From Octopus sinensis (Eukaryota), in the NCBI RefSeq assembly GCF_006345805.1, contig NC_043011.1:19170464-19234463 (forward strand): a DNA stretch of 64,000 nt, given 5' to 3'. This document shows positions 26,715 through 40,520 of this stretch, piece by piece. Positions within the stretch are counted from its first letter, which is position 1; each line of letters opens with the position of its first letter. Below the pieces are notes generated by a model that did not search any database, had not been told where the DNA came from, and saw only the letters and a list, made by a program, of their open reading frames with translations. The translations under genes were made by a program, and so were the position numbers.

Positions 26715-27845
26715 ATAGCACACTCATTCCAACAGGACAAAGCCACTATAAAGTCAGACAGTCAGTAATAGTTGCAGTTTCCTGAGGTTTTCTTTAATTC
26801 TTGTGAGGCAAACTTCAAACTTGCCTATGTGGTCTGGAGCATCCGGTGGGAAATATTTATTGCGTATGACTATATTATGTTGTCTTATGTATACGATTGG
26901 AGTGTCACATACCAAATGTGAGTATGACAGTAAGACCTGGGGGTGATATCGTCACTGATGTATACAGCAACTCCTCCATGGCTCCTTTACCTTCTGTCTG
27001 TTCGCAGTATGGCATATTTTGTAGCGTGTATTTCTGCATCGTCTATATCAATGCTGAGGCGAGTTTCCACGAGTGCTATTCATAGGGTTTGATTGCATGT
27101 AGCAAGGTCTTCCAGGAAAGACATTTTGCTTTTATTGTGATGCAACAGGCTTCCAATATTTAGGCGTTAGATGAGGCCATCCTGTGTTGGTTGACTGTGG
27201 TGGTTTTGCGGAATGATGGGCAAGGTTCCTTGTTTGTGCTTGGTGTAGCCAGGTCAGCTGCTGCACAATCTTTTGCGCCATGTAGAATAAAGATGCTTGC
27301 TCAGCTGCTGCGTTGCGCATAACCTATGAAGAGCGCACTTCTTTTGTAAATTTATTCCTTGGAGATATTTGGTGTCGTTCCTCAGGGAAGATTTTCCTTA
27401 AGGCCCCTGTAGTTTTGGCGGGGTGTCGGGTGGGAAAACCGGCAGTTTGTGCCGTCTTCCCCATGCCAAAATTTGCCTTGCAGGTAAAAGTTGCAGGTTC
27501 TTGGGTGCCTTCCAAATTCCTTCTTACCTGTAGGGTTTTGGATGACATTGGATCCTCCATGAGGTTTTCTGTATTTTTTTTGGTGGGTTGGGGTTCCGGC
27601 TTTGCTAGCTTCATTTTTGCTGTTTCCTATTTCTTCCTTTCCTTCTTTAAGTTTGTGTTTGTGTTCCGTCTTTCCTTTTCTTGTGGTGGGAAATTTTCCT
27701 CTGATTGTTCAATGCGGTGAGGACTCTCTTCCTTTGTAGGAACACTGGCACAGAGGGGATCCTAGTTAGTGCTTCCTTGGTTCCCCTATCCGTTTCTGCC
27801 TGGTCGTTCTCAGGTGTGGGAGATCCCTTCTTTTGAGGAACCATT
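26715..27845 (-). mobile_element. 5' portion of a CR1/L2-group LINE (ORF1 remnant and start of the APE endonuclease)
   Basis: LNIGSL..IALVETRLS..AEI..YAILRTDRR*RSHGGVAVYI (27165-26955). Upstream CNFYLQGKFWHGEDGTNCRFSH is a CCCH-like finger. Confidence 0.8.
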
Positions 27846-27859
27846 GATCAAATATACAT

Positions 27860-28100
27860 ATATGTGTGTGTGTGTGTGTGTGCGTGTTTGTGCGCCTGTG
27901 TTTGTACCCAACATCGCTTCACAACAGATGCTGGTGTATATACGTCCCCGTAACATAGCGGTTCTTCAAAAGATACCGATAGAATAAGTACTAGGCTTAC
28001 AAAGAAATAAGTCCTGGGGTTGATTTGCTCGACTAAAACGCGGTGCTCCAGTATGGCCACAGTCAAATGACTGAAACAAATAAAAGTGTAAAAGAGTAAA
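27860..28100 (+). mobile_element. 3' half of SINE family 2
   Basis: Matches 20200-20429. Confidence 0.88.
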
Positions 28101-28219
28101 GTGTATATACAATATATATATATATATGTACATAATATATATAATATATATATATATATATTTGATATTTATATAAAATATATATGTATATAAAATATGT
28201 ATATGTATATAAAATATGA

Positions 28220-28250
<31 letters not shown>

Positions 28251-28296
28251 ATATATATATACATATATATATACATATATATATATATTATATATA

Positions 28297-28346
<50 letters not shown>

Positions 28347-29235
28347 TACATATAAATATATATATATATATTATTTATATATAGATGAAATACTTATATA
28401 TATATATATATATGATACATATATATATATATATATATATAAAATACGTACATATATATATATATAAAATATACATCTTTATATATTGTCTCTCCTTAAC
28501 CATCCGTTCTATTTGACCATTTTCGCTTCCTCGTAATATTTTCCAAGACACACAGCTATGTTATCATACGGACATTGGATACGAATATGGTTATCACGCA
28601 AGTTATGGCAGTCTTGACTCACCTGCTGGGAGAAGACTTTACGTAACTGCCCTGTTTTGCTCGCCTTTTACTTAATTCTGTAAACTATATTTTGTGTTCC
28701 ATAGAAATACATATTTTCAGCTTATTTGAGTTCTCTTTACCATCAAATTTCGGTACGTAGAAGTGCAGATTCTTTCACTTCCCGCCTAATCACGAAGTTC
28801 TACTCAGCTCAAGACCACAATAGAATTCACTTCCTCAAGTTATCATCTTGTGGGACCGAATCTGAAACCACATGGTTGGGAAACGGGGTGCGTGCCATAA
28901 AACCACCACTGCTCTTCGAAATTAACATTACATTTGCTGCACGCTATACTTTCCGTAATGAAAACTTTTCAGGGTGGAATAAAATATGTATCAGTCAAAT
29001 ACTGGGGCTGATTAAATCGATTGCACTATACCATAGAATGTATGAATGGTGTGACTACAGCAGAAACCAATATTAGATATGTTAATATCTTAGTTTCATT
29101 TCCATCTCCTTTGATACTTCTTTTTCAAGAGTGTGGTATTTCTGATACGTATTTTCCTTTAAAATTTATCTGCCTAAACACATCAGTTTATTCGCAAGGA
29201 TTGAACATCATAGCAATTGTGCAGGTGCATTTTAG

Positions 29236-29430
29236 GTCAACTTATGAATCATGTAAGATTGCCGCAAAATATGTTTACAGATCACGTTATTTATTGTCAT
29301 ATTGCTTGAATCATTCATTCTATTCCGCACTCCAGCCTTTCAGAAGAAGTTGTTCACTTTCAAATTAAATAATATCCGACATTACAAATGCACCAAAGCT
29401 TTCTTAAGAATGGAAATATTTTCTTTCAGT
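29236..29430 (+). pseudogene. Degenerate exon-like block X
   Basis: ttttAG acceptor. KICLQIT..VI..SF..RTPA aligns with DIGLQLT..VI..SF..KTPA (63272), with mostly synonymous differences at the shared residues. Confidence 0.5.
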
Positions 29431-31177
29431 TTTTTTTTCTTTATTTTTTTTCAGCTTTTCATTTATTTACTGATGTAGTGAAGCAGATGGTATAAATGAA
29501 TATGGAAATTGTTCTTATCTCGTGAAAAAACTTTCTGCTTTGTTCATTATTTTTAAACACTTTCAATAAAACCGTGGGTTAGAATGCTCAAATATATGAG
29601 ATGGAAACGTTTCTATGCTATACAGCGCATGGTACATCTTTACATCTTCACTATCTTTTTCCTTGTTCTTTGTTAGCGATTTGAAGAGAATTGCTGAGAA
29701 CATATAACAGAGTAGTATATGTGTAATAAGAAAATATTCTTATATACTAATCTAACTTCTATCTCACGACGTTCTGGTTATTTTCCATTGATCGTCCTGA
29801 TGATTTAACATAATCTTTAGTTGGGTGGTGAAAAGTTGATTTTAGGGGAAAAGGAATCGTATACGTTGAAATATATAACGTCTCATGACGACACAAGTGA
29901 GAGTATAATATCATACAATTTTCTTTCAATTAGTATTTACATCACGTTTAATAAAATACTGAGAGTTTTATGTCTTATGTTTGACGATTGAGTATATATA
30001 TCATCAATGAGTGTACTTGGTTGGTGCACACTGCAACACTTCTGCTTTTGTTTATTTTGAACTATACTTGTTTATTTATCTAGAGATAAACCCCAAACAA
30101 TCTGTTAGGAGAGATCTGTCTCGCACAAATTTAGAAAATAAATAGGATGTACAAACTGAATCTTACAAGACTTCTTGCTGTAGAATTCAAAGCATGTTTC
30201 CCTCCATATATTTTATCGTAAAATAACAGGCAGATTAATTAATATTTTATGGAAAGAAGTCGAAAGTTTGTATTAATGTATTTTCATATATAGAATAATG
30301 TAGTGCGTATATAAAGTAATTGTTCTTGATACATGTACTGCATGCACATTTAGAGGGAGAGATTATTAGTAATTCTAGAAACATTATTCCTGACGTAGGC
30401 ACAAACATATACGTAAACATTTCCTTAAACAATACTTCATATATATTATATCGAGATTACGAAATATGTACATAGTTAAATCGTTTGCTATAGTAAAACA
30501 ATAGTTGTTCAATTAATTCTGTGAAATGGAATATTTATTATATATTTAAGCGAACAATATCTTTTATACATTATTAGTGTACAAATGAAACTAAAGAAAA
30601 TGTCATTGATCTATTTCTATTTAGCTTTACAAAAATAAGTACGTGGGGGGATAATCTTCCTGATTATTTTGTACTTGTTGTATCTTAGTACACATGGTAA
30701 ATTGGCATTTCCACCAAATGATATTAATGTTAATCCAACACGTTGTTGTAACCTGCAAAGGCGTTCTGAAGTTTATGGGGGAACTTAAACATAAGGAAAG
30801 AGCCACTTGAATCCAGAAGCAGTATACCAACACAAAAGATTCATACTTCATACGTCAACACTGAGACCCACCCGGGACCAGTATTATTATTCGCAACACC
30901 AACAAATGGAGGGCAATGGAGAGATATGAAATTGCTTATGCGGCACCAATATCCTTCTAAACACCCAAAAACCTCTTGCTTGAGCCCACGGAGTCATTCT
31001 GGACACCACTGTCAGCCTCGAAACTTTCACGTGCGTATTTTTCACAAAGGTACAATTTAGGCATTGCCACCGGAGGACTTGCAGACCCATCGTCTGCCTA
31101 CTATGAATGTATAAATTTATTACTTTAATCTTCACTGATATGACGGACGTGATGATCTTTATATCTCGGACAAGCCT

Positions 31178-31274
31178 CTTCTCCTATAGCCTCAGGCCGA
31201 CCAGAGCCTTATGAGTGGAATTATTAGACGGAAACTGAAAGAAATCCGGCGTATATGTATGTATATATATATAC

Positions 31275-31310
<36 letters not shown>

Positions 31311-31375
31311 ACGTGTGTGTGTGTGTGTATGTGTGTGTATGTCTTTATATCTTTGTCCACCACCAACGCTTCACA
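31178..31375 (+). mobile_element. Internal fragment of SINE family 2
   Basis: ctatagcctcaggccgacc..gacggaaactgaaagaa. Confidence 0.8.
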
Positions 31376-32464
31376 AGCGGCGTTGTCATGAAATTGAAAA
31401 TAAAGGAGAACCGAAATGAACGTAGCGAGACAAAGAAAAATATAAGACACATATAAAGGTGAAATATATATCAGAGAAATTGAGAAATTTAAGTATTATC
31501 AGCCACCAGCAAGAGTGGAGAGTTGGGGAACACAAAAATGAAATTTATTCCTGTGATAGCTAATACAGTTCGCTTTCCACACAGCAATGTGTTGCTGACG
31601 AGTATAGGAACTGAGACGTGTAGAGTCGAGATGAAATACTGGCCATCCTGTAGTCTTTCAAAATTCCGAGACCCGGTTTAGAAATTTGAAAACACTATTT
31701 ATCATTTTCGAACTGAGTTCAAACTCTGCGGTGAGTCGACGATGCCTTTACGGTACTTTCTCTCTTTTTTTTTTGTTTGTTTCACCGTTATAGAAAAACA
31801 AAAATACTGGTAAGAAAACAAGTGATGGAATTATTTTATTTTATCCATGTAATGAGGGATGAAAAACAATATTTCTTAAATATTAGTGAGATATTTAGCG
31901 GAAGTAACACATTCGTTGTTACTAAGAGTCGTATCCTAGTTTCCAGTGTTCATATTTCTCTTTCCACTGTGATTCGACATTGCATTTCATTAATTTTCTA
32001 TTCATTCATCCAAGAGAACGATTTCATCATAATCACAGTTGAAATAATGTATTATTTCTAGAAAATATACAAATTATTATTTGAAGTAGAATGAATGGAG
32101 CGATTATTGTCGAAAAAGCAAAGATGTTATGTTGTGTTAACTGAACAAATAATACCATAAAATGTCATTATTATACATGAATTGATCTTAAAAGAAAATT
32201 GAGCATTTACCCAAATAGTATTTTAAATGATATGTCAACAATGGTATATATATATAAAGTAACAAAAATTTTCGAGGAAGACGCCATTTGAAAGTTAGTT
32301 GGACGTCAATGACTTGTTCGCATTTCAACTTCCCCTTCATCCATTTGCTACCATTCCACCTAAAGCTCTTTATTTACATGCGTATTACTTCCTTTTTCTT
32401 TCATAAAAGACTTCATCTACGACATACCGTATATATGTATACACACACACACACACACACAGAT

Positions 32465-32527
<63 letters not shown>

Positions 32528-33039
32528 GCTTACCTATATATGCATATATACACACATATATTTATATACATACATATATATATTTATATGTATGTGTGTA
32601 TGTATAACTACATGTATATATACGTATGCGTTTATAAATGTATATATATTAAATAAATTCATAAATATTAAATATCTACATAGATACTTACATATATGCA
32701 TACATCTATATATATAGATATACATATAGATGCATATAGATATGTGTGTATGTGTATATATGTGTGCATGCGTATGTGTGTGTGTGTGTTCATGTGTGTA
32801 TGTGTGTGTGTGGGAGTATTGATATATATTTAAATGGAAATGTCTGCATAAAGACATTTAGCTACATACGCGTCAATGCTTTTTCAGACATAAGCATATT
32901 TTAGATATATCAATTTATTTTACTTTCTAGCTTCTACTCTTGCTATTTCTGTCTCTCTCTCTCTCCCGCTCTCTCTCAATCTATGTCACTCTTTTTCTGT
33001 CTCCACTTCCTTCTGATTCTTTCTCCGTTTCTCTGACTT

Positions 33040-33112
33040 TCTTTCGCTGTCTGTCTGTCTGTCTTCATATACATGAATACATATATATATGTGTGTGTGT
33101 ATATGTCTATCG

Positions 33113-33170
<58 letters not shown>

Positions 33171-33184
33171 ATATATATATATGC

Positions 33185-33278
<94 letters not shown>

Positions 33279-33382
33279 GACATATATATATATACATATA
33301 TATGTATATATATATGTATATATACATATATATGTATATATATATGTATGTATATACATATATATATATATTATATACATAC

Positions 33383-33454
<72 letters not shown>

Positions 33455-33720
33455 GTGTGTGTGTGTTTGTGTCTGCAAGCATGTTCGTCCGCATTTGTGT
33501 GTGTGTGCGTATGTGTGCGCGCGTGCTTGTGTGTGTTTGCGCGCATGTGTGTGTATGAATAGTTTTGATGTGTGGATGTGCTTGTATATTTGCATGCGGA
33601 TGTATGCATATATAATTTTAATATTTAGATGCTTTTCTTTATGCGTGTGTGTTCATCTTCATGGTTACACGAATATATATATATAATATATATATATATA
33701 TATTATATATATATATAGCG
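33040..33720. repeat. Compound (TATC)n/(TA)n/(TG)n microsatellite
   Basis: Seen directly. Confidence 0.95.
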
Positions 33721-35649
33721 AGAGAGAGGAGAGGAGAGGAAGGGAATGAGGGATGGAGGATGAGAGCGAGTAAGAGGGACATGCCTTTGCATATACAACG
33801 CATTTACGAAAAATGCATTTCTTTCATCTCCAGACGAATGATAATGGGCACTGTGTAAATATTTCCTATGAATATCTACCATTGATATGCGAGAAAGATT
33901 TCTTTTTTCTTTTAAATGTCAACACACACGTAAAGTTGTTTTAGATATATGGTTTGCTGCGTTGTTTATATTTTGTTCTTCATATTTTTAATCCGTTTCT
34001 TTCCTTTTATTCACAATATACGAATTCCTTAAATATCAAAAATATAACTGACTTGGAAAAGATTTACATTTCAGTATATTGCATGTTAAAAGAAACTAAA
34101 ATATCTCTTTCAACGGTATATAAATCAATTGTTACGATTTCGTATTTGGCTTTCTTTATATATTTTATTCAAATATTTAGCTGCATTTCCTGCTATACTG
34201 AATTAGATATGCCATATTTATTTAAGAATTCTTCAAAAATATATAATACATACGATCTTCTATACAAACACATACGTACACGCACACGTACACACGCACA
34301 CGCACACACGCATAGGCATACACAATCAGACACACACACACATACGCAGAGAATATATGTATTTCCTTATTTCTTCCTTTATCACTCGCTTTCTCTCTCT
34401 CTCTTTCTCTCTCTCTCTATACATATATATCAATATGTATATACATAAATATATATGTAAATATATATATACTCACACACACACATGCATATATATAGAG
34501 AGAGGGAAAGGTAGATCGATAGATAGACTGAGAGAGATGGATAGACATATATGTTTGTATGTGTATATATATATATGCATAACATGTTCGTCTCCATAAT
34601 TTCTCTATAATCTCTTCATCTATCGCTTTCTCTCCTGCCTCGCTATCTTACTTGGATTTCTACAATTAAACAAAGAGGCCTTCATGATCCGCTTAGTCAA
34701 AGCAAATCTAAATTTGCGCCACATGAAGAATTGTTTTTGTTAATATTCATGTTAAGTACCTGGGAAGAGCTGATTCCCCGGATATATCATTTTTCACTCG
34801 CCTCTTATATTTATGCTTTTTAAATAAACTATCTCAAGAATTAGAAATGTTCCTTGTTTGCGTAACCCAAACCATGTTTACCGTCATTTTTCGAAGAATA
34901 GTTTATGCATGCAGCTCAATATGAACAGCTAAAGTAAAATTTGGAAAAAAATTAGATGAATTAATAACTTATGATAGATTGTATATGCGCATGCTCTTCG
35001 GTAATCATGTGGAAAATGTATTTTAAAACCCTTTACTAGTTGTTCCAGTAGAGTTTAATAAACTCGTTTAATCGACTGGGTTCTAATAACGACAAAATCC
35101 TTATTAACAATTCAAATAGAAATTGACAGTTTTTTGGAAAGTATTTTAATGATCAACCAATTACTCATCAACAATTGGTTGCTGTTATTATTTTAGTGAT
35201 TAGTCACTTGGTAATTAGTTAGCTTGTTAGTGATTTTGTTCGTTAGTTCATTTGTTTCTTTATTTGTTAGTTTGTTGATTAGTTAGTTAGTGTGCTAGTT
35301 AATTAGTTCATTGGTTGATTGTTTGGTTGGTTGGTTGGCTGGCTGGCTGTCTGGCAGGTTGATTGGTTGGCTGGCTGGTGAGCTATCTGGTTGGTTGGAT
35401 GGCTGGTTGGTTGGTTGGTTGGTTGGTTGGATGGCTAGTTAGTTAGCTAGATATATAGATATGTATTTAGCTACCTAGTTAGATATTTAGATAGTTAGTA
35501 AGATAGATTGATACCTAGCTAGCCAATTAGATAGTTAGCTAGCTAGTTAGATAGTTACTTGGATAGTTAGTGAGTTAGCTAGCTAGTTAGTTAGTTAGCT
35601 AGATAGATAGTTAGATAGTTAGTTAGCTAGCTAGCTAGTTATATAGTTA

Positions 35650-36410
35650 GCATATCGAGGAAATGAAAGCGGCTTGATTGTCCCCGATGGAGAAATGCAG
35701 TGTGGAAAAAAAGCCACAAACTTGAACTTTGATGAACCTGGATGGGGCTGCATCGAATTATACAGAAGTGGATTTCACCCCGGATCTCGATAGCATTCCG
35801 CGCCTTTCTGCCTGAAATACATTGTTCTGCATGAAGGAGATACCATTTGAAGACATACGGGATACCGACTGCACAACAGAGAATTCTCTGGAACTGAATG
35901 GTCAGCTCTTGGAACTTTATCGCCATATGCCATATTTCTTCGGAAATAAATTGCCGGATGTCTACCAAGAACTGATAGCAGAACGGACGAATTCCTAGTG
36001 CTGAAAGCAGTGGCAGAGTGGTACTGCTGAGAAAGGATATGAAAAAGTGGAAGGAAATAAGTAATTTTAGACCCATAACTCTGAACACAGGTTACAAGAT
36101 TTTGAACAAAGTGTTAGCCAATAAGTTTTAGTCGATAAACTGTTGGTGATGCGCAAATATGCGCTATCAGAAACAGATCTATCTACAACCTCCACCTCAC
36201 GCTCTGCAGTCATTTTCAGAAGCTGGAACACTGTTATATACCGCGAAATCTATTCGATGACCTAGTAAAATGGCCACCAATCGGAATCTTTTAGCATAGC
36301 ACTTTTGGTACAAGGATGCCCATCCTCGTCCCTTATGCACATGCTGGCTCCCAAGCTAGGAAGTTGGATGTTCCAAGGGACATCTCATGTGAACTAGGAT
36401 ACGGAAGATT
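35650..36410 (+). mobile_element. Old L1/Tx1-clade RT fragment
   Basis: GRVVLLRKD..ISNFRPITLNTGYKILNKVLA, homologous to 47575-47700. Confidence 0.75.
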
Positions 36411-36859
36411 CGAATTAAAATTTCTAAATCATTTGAGGTGTTCACTTGTATGTCCTTTCAGAGTTTTTCTTACAATAAAAAGGAACCGACAGAAAAAGAA
36501 GGTATAAATTTTTCAAAGAACATTGTAGATATTAAGTTTTTAAAATCTACTGGAGATGTTCATTTTTCTGTTCGAAAAGAGAAAACTGTAGTGTTCTTGG
36601 AATAAAGAGGATGTTTACATTTTCAAAAACTCAGGGGGAAAGGAAATGATAGGTATTCACAAGTGTAGATATTAAAGGTTTTAAAGCTGATTGTTATGTG
36701 TTCACAGCTGTAGATATGTAAGTTCCTTTACATATAGTGAGGGAAATTGAAAATAGTCAGAGGAGACTGTAGATATTACAGTCTCTTAGAGTTATTTTTC
36801 AGTTCTTCTGCAAATTCACAGATAAAATATGTATTTAAAAATTAATAAATAAATAAATT

Positions 36860-38146
36860 CATGGATGGATGTTGTTTTCACAACGATAATGCTCTTCTCA
36901 GTGCATGAGCCGTTCCAGTTAATACGAGTTTTTGCACTTCCTGTAGGGATGGTAAGCCTGGAATCATTTTCATATAGGTTTCAGTACCTTTTTTTATCAT
37001 TCATAGAGATCCTATAATAACTGGTACTGTAGTCGCCTTGAGATGCCACATTTTTTCAATTTCTATTAGCAAGTCTTTATATTTACTAATCTTGTCAAAT
37101 TCTTTCGCCGCTAGATTGTGATCGCAAGGGATACTCATGTCAATTAATAAACACACCTTTTTTTCTGATCTTTTAAAATAATAATAAATCTCTGAACGAG
37201 GTATAAACAGTAACTGCACGACAATGTGAGGTATATTTGCCATCTTAGTGGTTAGCCATATTGAGATGGCAAATATACCTTTTAAAATAATATCCGGTTT
37301 ATAAGCTTTTATAGTCTTATCGGTCTGTACATGGAAGTCCCATAGAATCGACACATTTTCTCCATCAGTCACAGCGGTTTTGATTTTATAATACCGACAT
37401 ATTGTCCAATGTAAATACTGGCCGACTCTGTCATGTCTTGCTTTATATTCTGCAGGTGCTAAGACTCTACACCCTGAGATTAGGTGGTCTATTGTTTCAA
37501 TCTCATCGGTACGGAATCGGCATTTTGAGTCAGCTCCATTTTTTATCACATTGGTTTGGTAGTTCCGGGTTAATAAGCTTTGGTCTTGAGCTGCTAATAT
37601 GAAACCTTCACTCTCTGCTTTTAGCTCTGAGCTTCGTAACCATTGGTGCGTGTGTTTCTGGTTGACATCAGCTTGTTTGCTACGGGCCACATACTTGCCA
37701 TGGAGAGGTTTCTGTACCCATCTGCTAGCTAAATTTTCATGTGCTTTTGTCTTTGCAATTAATTTTATTTTCTTTGCAGCTGCAGCTGGCGCACTTCCTT
37801 CAGCCTGATGAATCTGGTGGGTATCTAAGAGATCAACATGAATGTTTTGCTCTTTGAGAATAGAGTGAAGTTTTTTCGGTCTTTCATGTTTTTCAACAAG
37901 TTTTAGCATCCAATCGTTGGTTGCTTCAAGGTATTTGGCCAGTCCGATTGTGGTGGTTTTGTATGTAAGTTCAAGCTGGATCAAACCTCAACCTCCCTGA
38001 GCTCTGGGAAGGTAAAGGCGATCCACGTCTGCCTTTGGATGATGCATCTTATTACAAGTCAGTAGCTTGCGGATTTTTCTGTCAATTTTCATTATTTCAC
38101 TGGTATTCCAGTTAAGCACATTGAAGCTATAAAGAATAACTGGTAC
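36860..38146 (-). mobile_element. 5'-truncated R4/Dong element, subfamily D, with a 109-bp internal insertion
   Basis: ORF 37001-37984 has KPLHGKY, ESEGFILAAQDQ, ETIDHLISGC, RHD, KPDI and KYKDL. Stop at 36878. (TAA)n at the 5' end. Confidence 0.92.
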
Positions 38147-38195
<49 letters not shown>

Positions 38196-38219
38196 TATTA
38201 TTATTGTTATCATTATTAC

Positions 38220-38262
<43 letters not shown>

Positions 38263-38935
38263 GTCATCAAAGTGACACTGAGGTGATATATACGAAGTCC
38301 AGTATACCTACCATTACTCCCCATCTAATGAAAGTACATCAGACACGTGCATCACAACTATGTGTGCGCAATGTGGTAATGCCATATCAAGATAAACAGC
38401 GCATGTTCTTGCAGGTGCCGCATAGTTAGTATATTCTTCAGTTTGAGTAGCTTATCCCACTCAAAAGATCCCTGAATAGGCGGTGTTTAATGATGTTGAA
38501 CGAAACACCCATGTATCCAGGGGTGAATTATTCAAACCTCCAAAATTCCTCTCAACACATGGCTATGATGATCCCCCACTACTTCGTCTCATGATCAGAG
38601 ATGCACATATTGTCAGCCATCAGGGGACATGCTCAACGGGTTATAGTCAAACAACTGACAAGCAAATCTGTTTTAGTTAGCAGAGTTAGCGGTTCGGCAA
38701 AAGAGACCGATAGAATAAGTACTGGGCTTACAAAGAATAAGTCCCGGGGTCGATTTGCTCGACTAAAGGCGGTGCTCCAGCATGGCCGCAGTCAAATGAC
38801 TGAAACAAGTAAAAGAGTAAAAGAGAAAAGAGAGAGTCCATCTTATATAGCAAGACAAAACATGTACGTAACACTTCCAACCAGTTAAGATCAGAAGCTA
38901 TGAGAGCCAGTGCCTAGTACTGCATCAGGGCATTT
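38263..38935 (-). mobile_element. Non-coding (TAA)n-associated repeat, interrupted at about 38675-38835 by the 3' part of SINE family 2
   Basis: Colinear with 20824-21323. The SINE segment matches 20281-20429. Confidence 0.78.
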
Positions 38936-39049
38936 ATTGTGATAATAATTATTATTATTTGTATTAGTAATAGTTGTTGCTGTTGTTTATTTTGTTGTCA
39001 TTGTTGTTCTTCATGGTCTTGTTGCAGTGATATTATGTATATTTCAATT

Positions 39050-40436
39050 ATTTCCATATATTTTATTGCAAACTATTATAGTTCCATACTTCCAGATTTA
39101 TTTGAAGAATGGCCCGCTCTATTTTATGGCACTACTATTATTCAGGGGAATATTAATTCATTTATAAAGTTTATAATTAACATAAATTGTAGTTAAATAA
39201 CATATCGAAATCAACAGCTTCACAAAAATTTAAATTGAAATATGATATATGTTTTATCTTTTTATTTAGCTACCATATCTACATTTGAAATTTTTTGATG
39301 TAATATTTGACGTAAAATGTAATTATCTCGTATGTGAAATCTACAATTATTTCCCTAAATCATGAAACAAAAATGATTTTGCTGTTTTAGAATCTTATTT
39401 TGAAATATGAAAAACATGTCAACTCTGTGTCTGTTTCTTTCTACCTGGTATTTTATGAATTAAAATGATTTGCAAAATCCATATTTTAACTATTACGAAT
39501 GAAGTTTGATATAAGCTATTTTATGTACAATATCAAAAATGATTTAATCGAGTTCTCTCTGTAAGTGCATAAAATGAACAGCAGTAAATCAAAAACATTA
39601 AAACCTTCGAGAATTTAACCAATTCAATTATCTTGCCATTGTTATCATGTAAATAACAATGTTGTGTAATGAAAACTAGATTAATAACTATGTTGAATAA
39701 TTCTGAATCCGGTTCCTCTGTGTAAGCCTGTATTTGCTTATTGTTAATTAAATTATTAATCATTATATCTCAAATAATATAAACAGTGCAGGTACACCAT
39801 TTTTTAATGTCGTTTTTGTTTTTTTTACTTTAGTATTATTTATTGTTTTACTAGTATTGATATCTTATCTTTTAATCAGCCATGAATATGGAGATAAGTG
39901 TTCAAATCCATTGCAGTGTCAACTATGCCACAAACACGCGCTAACGTGCACACACTTAGATATTGAAGTGTTGGGTATGCTTCTAGTTGTAACCCGATAA
40001 AACACGTTGTCTGACCATGGCTACCTGATGTCATATATGGCAATTACACACTTGTCGCTAGATCTATCTCGGGAAACCTACGATGGGCGTTGAGTATAAA
40101 ACAAACGCTAGAGATGGAAAATGGAATACACAGGAAACTTTATTGTTCACAACGAAGTTTTCGACACATCTTGCACCGATTCCTAGCAAGTGGGAAACTA
40201 TACAACTAGCGGTGGTGCATCATTCGGCGTATTTCGTCTAGTAATGTAATAAGAGGATTCTCGTTAACTGAACTGTTTTCGCTCGGATTGAATACTGCAT
40301 ATTGCTAGTGACCGTAGGTTTAAGCTGTTAAACAGGAATCCTTGTTATCCTTTTATCTATCTATCTGTCTACGCATATACACACACGTATATATTTATGT
40401 GTATACATACATACATATACATATATATATATATAC

Positions 40437-40520
<84 letters not shown>

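Noticed and set aside
30850-31170. Possible Penelope C-terminal or pLTR remnant
   Set aside because: Only a weak R..E..I..LN resemblance; insufficient to annotate.
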